NCBI GenBank assembly: GCA_964016885.1
Contig: OZ024756.1
Location: 40,486,001-40,550,000, forward strand
Length of the DNA stretch: 64,000 nt
DNA from: Eledone cirrhosa
Taxonomy: Eukaryota
Direction of reading: 5' to 3'
Below, one piece after another: positions 57,030 to 64,000 of the stretch; position 1 is the stretch's first letter, and each line of letters begins with the position of its first letter. The notes beneath the pieces are model-generated. The model worked only from the letters and a program-made list of their open reading frames with translations. It was not told the DNA's origin and did not search any database. Position numbers and translations under genes: made by a program.

Positions 57030-57767
57030 ATCATCATCATCATCATCATCATCAGGTTTAGCGTCCGTGTTCCACGCTTGCATGGGTTTGGACGGGGGTT
57101 TTCCCACTTGAGGCAAGAGTGGTTGTCTTGCTCGCATAGGACTGTCTGGCGGGTTTTCTACAGTTGGATGCCCTTCCTAACACCAACCACATTTACAGTG
57201 TGGGGCTGGGAGGTTTTTACCGTGTTGCCTACACGGCCACATTACAGCGTGGACTGTCTGGCGGGTTTTCTACAGCTGGATGCCCTTCCTAACACCAACC
57301 ACATTTACAGTGTGGGGCTGGGAGGTTTTTACCGTGTTGCCTACACGGCCACATTTACAGCGTGGACTGTATGTTTTTTGTCGTGACACCTACACGATCT
57401 CATTTGTTTCGGCCTGGATGTTGTGGGACCAACATAACTTTACATTGAAAGGGGCGGTGTGGGTGGGGTGGAGGTGGTGGGACGGGGGTGTGTTTTGATA
57501 GAGGTGCCTACTGACTGTAGTAGGTTTTTACTTTGTATTTAGGTAAGGCGGGTCTTCTCTATTACTGAGTACCGCCAAAGGTCTCGGTCCAGTGACATTG
57601 TCTTGGAGAGGTGTAAGCGTGTGAGGTCGGAATTTATCAGCTCGTCCCATGTTTTTCTGGGTCTGCCTACTCCGTGGCTACCGTCTATCTTTATTGCCCT
57701 GCACTTTGTTATACAGCTGTCGTCTTTCATGCGCATCACGTGACCGTACCAACGTAGCCTTCTCTCG
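57030..57767 (-). mobile_element. RTE-clade LINE 3' end with 3'UTR and (TGA)n tail
   Basis: RRLRWYGHVMRMKDDSCITKC...GRPRKTWDELINSDL...DRDLWR; ~114-bp internal duplication at 57140-57370. Confidence 0.85.
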
Positions 57768-58215
57768 AGTAAACAAAGTGAAATAATATATAATGTAAAA
57801 TAAAATTGGTAGCCCCATATATATGTGTGTGGGGGGAGGGAGGTCTGAGACCTTCCATTTTCCTTCTCTCTCTATGATTCTCTTTCAATCTACTCTCTCA
57901 CAACCACTATCTTTTTCTCTCTATTTATGAAGGTACCCGAAAAAACCTGTATATCGGGAACCTGTGCTCTGATTCACATGAAACTTGCTTTATTCCATTT
58001 GTATTCCCATTTCAGGATCAACTTCCTTTCAAAGTATTTTCCCATTATGTGCTGTTTTGGCTGTATTACATTACAGACAAGCACACAATCACAAAGTTTT
58101 AGTAGTTTTCAAGTCAATGTTTTAAATGAGGATACCCTTCCTAACACCAGCCCTTTTAATCGCCCTACACAACATTGATTATCCATCTCTTAAATCATGT
58201 CAACACTTCAAATAT

Positions 58216-58974
58216 TTAGGAATGGTAACATTCCTTGATTTTTTTTACTAAAACCATGTTGTCAGTTTCTTCAAGTGCTTCAATGAAAATAAACATAGTG
58301 TTATTGAGGCGTTTTGGCAAAATATCGAGGAGAGTTCGAACCTGTTTTGTCCGTTCCTGGTGACTCAAGATGAGATTTTTATGTGATTCATGGAGAATAT
58401 TTTTGCTATATAAAATATCAATAACCCCTTCTACATCAATCATATTTTTCACAAGATAAACTCGTAATTCTTTTAAAATTTGTTTATCTTTGTCATTCGT
58501 AACAGTTTTCCTGTGGTCATTCGTAACAGTTTTCCTATTATTGTCTTTAGAAGCTTCCATAACAATTTTCCTGTTGTCTGATAAATTTGGTATCAATGCA
58601 AGACTATTGTTGTCTTTAGAAGCTTCCATAACAATTTTCCTGATGTCTGATAAATTTGGTATCAATGCAAGATTATCATCATCATTGCCTTCAGTAGCTT
58701 CCCTACCAGTTAACTTTAAAGCAATGTGTCCATTACCAGTAGATTTTAAAGCAGAACAGAACATTTGAAACTCTGCAATTGTTTTCTTGTTAAGATAATC
58801 AAGTAGTTTGCGTATTTTAAAACTATCAAGACTGCATGAATCGAGGTCTTCTTTCAATGAAAAGGAGAGTGCACCATCAGAAATTAAAATATCAATTATT
58901 TCATCGATATCCAATATATTCTCAACTATAAATGGTCTATGCCGTCGGAGCTTTTCCCTGTAATAAACATCCAT
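58216..58974 (-). CDS. Tandem CARD-CARD death-fold protein, 252 aa, single coding exon
   Basis: Two ~88-aa CARD-like units (LRRHRPFIVENILDIDEIIDILISDGALS...KIRKLLDYL...FCSALKSTGNGHIA and LKELRVYLVKNMIDVEGVIDILYSKNILH...QVRTLLDILPKR...FIEALEETDN). An acceptor at 59006-59007 and an upstream donor at 59907 suggest a non-coding first exon. Confidence 0.85.
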   Translation of the reverse strand: MDVYYREKLRRHRPFIVENILDIDEIIDILISDGALSFSLKEDLDSCSLDSFKIRKLLDYLNKKTIAEFQMFCSALKSTGNGHIALKLTGREATEGNDDDNLALIPNLSDIRKIVMEASKDNNSLALIPNLSDNRKIVMEASKDNNRKTVTNDHRKTVTNDKDKQILKELRVYLVKNMIDVEGVIDILYSKNILHESHKNLILSHQERTKQVRTLLDILPKRLNNTMFIFIEALEETDNMVLVKKIKECYHS

Positions 58975-59989
58975 ATTGAATAATGGAGATTTTCTTCTGT
59001 TATCACTACAAAAAAAAAGTAATGTAAAATTTTAATCTTAGGTTGTTCAGAAATTAATGCAAGTTTTGTTATTTTTTTCAACATTTTTTCCCATGAAATG
59101 GAGTGGGGAACAAAAGATTCTCTTGCAATCAAATTCTGCTACCTCTTCGATTTTCGATCTAAGGCTGGGAACTGCTGAAGCAATAATTTGATACTCTACT
59201 CAATATAATTTCGTTTACACTATCAAGCAGCCACCACGAAGCTAACCTTAGTGGCCTCTGAGATTTTGACAGAGCGAACGGCCATCTGCAAATTCTCGTG
59301 TTCCAGAGACAGAATAAGCGATAGTGATAAATAGCCGGCTCCCAGAGTCAATGAAGGCAGTTGCAGAGTTCCTGCCGACCAGCTAAGATGTAGTGGTTAA
59401 CTGTCTCACATACTGACTGACCCCTTTGAGTAAGTCTGTTTCTCTATCTCAGCCAGGCCAGCAAAATTCATCCCATCAACAGAAGTTTGATAAATACATT
59501 TTAATAATACCTTTGCAGGCAAACGTATTCACATGGTGTTGCTAGAGTGCCGAAATAGCGAGGTGAACATGCGATCAGGGAGATCCAATCCGGACTCGTG
59601 TGGAGGCGCATAGATAGGTCCCTCATACATCATACCTGACATACATCACAGAATGCAAACGTAGTTGTTTGTTCTTAATGTATTGTCGTATAACTTCGAC
59701 GGAAGTTATATCTAATAAATGATTGAGGCCAGGCGACGACGAGGCTAAGGCATTGAAACAAATGGGGTCACAAATGAGACACACCTAAAGGACAAAAAAA
59801 AGATAAGACCGTCTGGAGTGGTATGTGTTAGTCCTATTGGGTAACCCGAAACAGGCATAAAAGTATGCAAAAAATTAAAAGACAACTGAATAAAAAACGT
59901 TTTTACCTTTGAATGTTTAATTTATACTGAAAACTTTCAAATGATTTACAAGTATCACATCGTATGTTCCCTCTCTTCGAAACGTAATG

Positions 59990-60900
59990 AAGTGTCCGCC
60001 TTAACGTAACTCAACAGGAAGTCATTGTAGTAAATGATGATTCGTTCCATTTGCTTATTTTTAGATTGGGAAAACCCAGTAACCTAGTTGGTTCGACAAC
60101 TGTTTTTTAAATCTGCTTTTTCATCGTTTTTAAACGATTAGAAAATGGTGGCAAATTATGAGAGTCGTTAGAATGGTGAATAAAATACTTTGTGGTATTC
60201 ATTCCGGCTCTCTGCTTTCTGAGTTCAAATCCCACCGAGGTCAACTTTACTTTCATCCATTTAAGGTCGATAAAAAAAGTACCAGTCTTTTACTGGGGAT
60301 CGATTCTTCCTCTATATATCTCTCTCACTTCAATTATCTCTCGGGAGATTGGCAGTATCGGTAAAAGGTCGGATGCCAGGGTTTGCAGCATAGAGTTACG
60401 CCCCTTAATGGTGTGAGTTCAAATCCTGCCGAGCTTCACTTTGCATTTCATCCTTACGGGGTCGATAAAATAAAGTACCAGTAATCTACTGAGATAATTG
60501 CTGGCCTGTGCCAAAGGTAGAAACAATTATCTCTCTAAGGCGGTGTTTTATTATTATAATTTTTTTTTTTATGAGGGGGACTTGTTGAAAAGCACCAAAT
60601 TGGTGACTGGCGTGAATATGAGGTGATGCTCATGGGGAGGGTACTTCATTGTTCCACCGTCGTAGCCTCGCCATCACTGGAGCCGAAGTAACGCTTGAAA
60701 AAGCGATTCTAGGTAAACTCCACCACCCCTTTGTTGAGTGTGTGAGTCTTCTCCCATTTCTTAAATATATTTTTTTAATAAAATCTAAATTGTATATATT
60801 TGTATGTGAAATATAAGTTAGGTGTGGACGAATTTAAAGAGAGAGATATTTCAACAGCGAAGACTAATTTGGTAACTGTAATTACGCATGCGCACCTGTC
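59990..60900. promoter_or_regulatory. Head-to-head promoter region between the CARD gene (-) and the unidentified gene (+)
   Basis: ETS CAGGAAGT 60015-60022 near the inferred CARD-gene first exon; NRF1-type CGCATGCGCA 60885-60894, ~25 nt before ATG 60920; two SINEs between them. Confidence 0.5.
60150..60525 (+). mobile_element. Two tandem tRNA-derived SINE copies
   Basis: GAGTTCAAATCCCACCGAGGTCAACTTT...GGTCGATAAAAAAAGTACCAGT and GAGTTCAAATCCTGCCGAG...CATCCTTACGGGGTCGATAAAATAAAGTACCAGT. Confidence 0.8.
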
Positions 60901-60919
60901 AAACTATTTCAGTTTTGGA

Positions 60920-63002
60920 ATGGCGACGACGTCTGGAGCGAAAGGAGGAAGACGGCTTCCTCTGTTCTCAGCAACAGATGTTGACTGTCAAACCAACAAT
61001 ATCTTTTGGAAAACTGAAGGTGAAGGATTTCTTTCTTTATGTTTATTCGTTGGGGGTTTTCTTTTCTCCCTTAAAAAATACAAAAGAAACATCTAGTTTT
61101 ATTTGGGTTTTGTTGTTGGTTTCGTTTCGTTGTCCCAATAATAATAATTGTCTCTGATTTATGCTAAAGGCCAGCAATTTAGGGAAGGAGAAAGGCGATT
61201 AAATCGACCCCAGTGCATTACCGGTACTTTATTTTTATCGACCCCATAAGGATGAAAGGCAAAGCTAACCTCGAATGGAATAATAATAATAATTATTATT
61301 ATTGTGACAACCAATTATTATTATCATTCTGCATTTGACACAAGGCCGGTGATTTCGGGGTAGGGGAAAGATGATTATATTAAACCCTGAAAAGACGAAA
61401 AACAAAGATGACTTGGGTAGGATATAAACACCGACTCTCGTCTGTTTATTATACAGGTTTCTTTATTAGCCAAGACGATACTGTGTGGCTTTTGTGTGTA
61501 AAAGAAAAGTTATACCCCTCGCCCATAAAAAGCCGTAAGAATGCAAACAATCCCCCCTGTAGGGATGGGATAAAGATTCCGAGGGTCACTCGTGAAGAAA
61601 ACTCCTTAAAAACCACGAAAATGTAGGGGTTGATTAGAAAACCGGCTGGAGTTAGGGGTAACAAAGTGGCATGTTTAGACTTGTCAACATTAAAACTAAG
61701 TTTAAACAAGTTGAAGATTGACAAAAACAGTTTTTACGTGGTCTCTGCAAAATTTGCTAGAGCTAATAACTAAATCTACCCCTAATTGCACCCTAGTATA
61801 TTAAAAAAAGAGGGACACGTTGGATAATGAATGATCGTAGTTCTGCTCAATCGGAGCTGACATCAGCAACAACAACAGCAAGATAAATACGAACGACGGG
61901 GGAGCCTTGATATGACCACTATACCTGCTAGAAATAGTAGCCACATATCGCTTAAATTATATCAAGAGGAGGACAGTTCGTTTATGGCTTTGATTATAGT
62001 TTACAGTAAATATGTAGGAGCTAAATAACAATGGCATGAGTAAATAAATATAAATGCTATCTATAAACTAATCTACACAGTGTTCCTATATTACAGATTC
62101 AAGTGCTGCCCATGCATACATACCTGGTAAGATTTTCATTGAAATTTGTTTCTATTTCAATTATTTATAAGATAGAGAAATGGGGAACTGTAGTCCACTC
62201 ATTACCATATTTCTAATGAAAGCAGTGCTAGATTTAGGACAAATGAGGCCCTGTGCTAGTTATGAGGCTCTTTTCTTGGGCCCTGGAGGAGGTAGGCTTG
62301 GTAAAAGAAATTTTTGGGGGGATGGAAGATGGGCTTCTGGTCAACGGGGCCCTGTGCTTAAGCACAAAGGTGAATCCAGCACTGAATGAAAGACACTGTC
62401 TATGTCTTTAACCCTTTCATTACCATACTTCTAATGAAAGACACTCTCTGTGTCATTAACCCTTTCATTACCATATTTCTAATGAAAGACACTACCTTTG
62501 TCATTAACCCTTTCATTACCATACTTCTAATGAAAGACACTGTCTATGTCTTTAACCCTTTCATTACAATATTTGTAATGAAAGACACTCCCTATGTTGT
62601 TAATCCTTTCATACCATATTACTAATACTGTCTATGATTTGAAAATAATGAAAACTTTGGAGAAATTTAGCTACCTAACCAACTTTCTTATTATTAAGCT
62701 GATATTTGTAACATAACTGCTTTTATAAGATGCACTTGAAAATTATAAAACTATGACTGCATCACATTTTCTTTAGCTATAGGCTCAGTTCAGTACATTT
62801 TATCAATATTCGTTTTGGCTTTTGGGGGGGTTTTTTTTGTCTATATTTGATTTCCTCTGTTTTGTTGTTAGGTGTCGATATGAATGGAAACAAAAGAACC
62901 AGAAACTTGAAATGGAAGCCATCTAAGGAAGTACATTTTAAATCTCCTCTCTTCACTAATAGTCAACATACAGAAAATGTAACTTCTTTTCCAGGAGAGC
63001 CT
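60920..63002 (+). CDS. Unidentified protein-coding gene, 5' part (continues beyond the window)
   Basis: Exons 60920-61019, 62097-62126, 62872-63002; GT-AG, phase-consistent: MATTSGAKGGRRLPLFSATDVDCQTNNIFWKTE/DSSAAHAYIP/GVDMNGNKRTRNLKWKPSKEVHFKSPLFTNSQHTENVTSFPGEP; ATGGCG start next to an NRF1 motif. Confidence 0.65.
62386..62610. repeat. 48-bp minisatellite (~5 diverged copies), same family as 4966-5301
   Basis: ATGAAAGACACTGTCTATGTCTTTAACCCTTTCATTACCATACTTCTA. Confidence 0.9.
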
Positions 63003-63139
63003 GTAAGTAGAGTTTTTCTTCACTCTTTTACTGCTTAGAGTTAGGGTTCGTCTCAGTTTTACTCTATCAAACTACCCCCATAAATTATCTGTGTTAGATA
63101 ATTTATGGGGAGTTATTTGATAGAGTGTCACATCTAGGT

Positions 63140-63620
63140 GTTTTCTGAATCAGGTATTTTGTAGTTTTATTCCTAATCTTTGATTGCAAAAACATATCCT
63201 TCAAAGTGAGAGCCATTATAGCAGTTGTTGGTCCAAAACGGACTACTTTGCTTATCAATATTACTCTCACTTTGGTGCTTCCTGGCAACATAACCATGCA
63301 TGCTTTCTAGCTGATCAGCATGCTGCAGTTTTTCACCCATGAATCCATTGCGGTATTGCTGTGCAATTTCCCTGGGTGTGAAGAGTTTTTGGTTATCATG
63401 CAGGGAGTATTTCTCACGGAGTTCCTTCCCAATCTCACCATTGATGCTGTATGGTTTTGCTGTAATACAGGGACAGTAATTCGTTTGTATCTCTTTCAAC
63501 CACATTTCATCTTAGTCAAATTTCTTTTTCTCACCCCATATTTTTCTCCAGAAAGACATTCTTTCTGGAATGGGACCTCAGTGATATTTATTGATTTGTC
63601 CCTCATATCTCTATAGATTG
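63140..63620 (-). mobile_element. Internally deleted R4/Dong-type (RLE) non-LTR retrotransposon fragment
   Basis: WLKEIQTNYC...MHGYVARK...IDKQSSPFW...SHFEGYVFAIKD, resembling the LHGQY...DKExSxxW...ETEGFIxAIQDQ motif. Confidence 0.6.
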
Positions 63621-64000
63621 ATGTTTGATTTCCACTGAGTCATTTTCCTTTCTGCCACTCTCTTCTGATAGTTAAAAGGGCCAGCCTTGTCCTACCAAAT
63701 TTCCCTGAGTAGGCTCTCCACTTTCTGTGTTCAAATCCTGCTGAGATCAACTTTGCCTTTCATCCATTCGAGGTCAATAAAAAAAATACCAGTCAAGTAC
63801 TGGGGTCAATTCTTCCTCTATATCTCTTTCTCACTTCCATTCCCTCATTATCCTTATCTGGAAGAAATCTGTTGTATTCAGACAGGGAGAGGAGATGAGC
63901 TCCACTAGATTTTAAAATTCCCTAGAATTGCCTTATGTCAATATGCTGCCCCTACAACTCCCTCCTCAAAAGTTAAGTACCATGCATTGTATCTAACATT

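Overview
AT-rich, intron-containing animal genomic DNA. The SINE, microsatellite and minisatellite landscape suggests an octopus or other coleoid cephalopod (inference). There are no prokaryotic features and no CRISPR array. Spliced genes rebuilt by hand from GT-AG sites with consistent phases: ANKS6 (+, 17 coding exons, ~848 aa), NOP10 (+, 2 exons, 65 aa), CCDC102A/B-like (+, 7 exons, ~564 aa), CEP152 (-, 7 coding exons, ~1294 aa), a tandem CARD-CARD protein (-, 252 aa) and the first three exons of an unidentified gene that runs off the right edge (+). Introns and spacers hold tRNA-type SINEs, RTE/CR1/Tx1/R4 LINE fragments, a decayed Gypsy pol, MITEs and many minisatellites. The most striking signal is a set of about 10 short non-coding fold-back (inverted-repeat) elements from roughly 8 unrelated sequence families. 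Almost all sit in (TA)n microsatellites, and each carries a complete or partial type I hammerhead ribozyme core (CTGA-N-GA...GAAA...GT-H) with covarying helix III. Most also carry a 3' tail motif CTC-N(n)-GAGTAC. They look like minimal, non-autonomous Penelope-like/retrozyme remnants. The best example is a ~200-bp near-perfect hairpin with an intact hammerhead core on both strands in the last ANKS6 intron.
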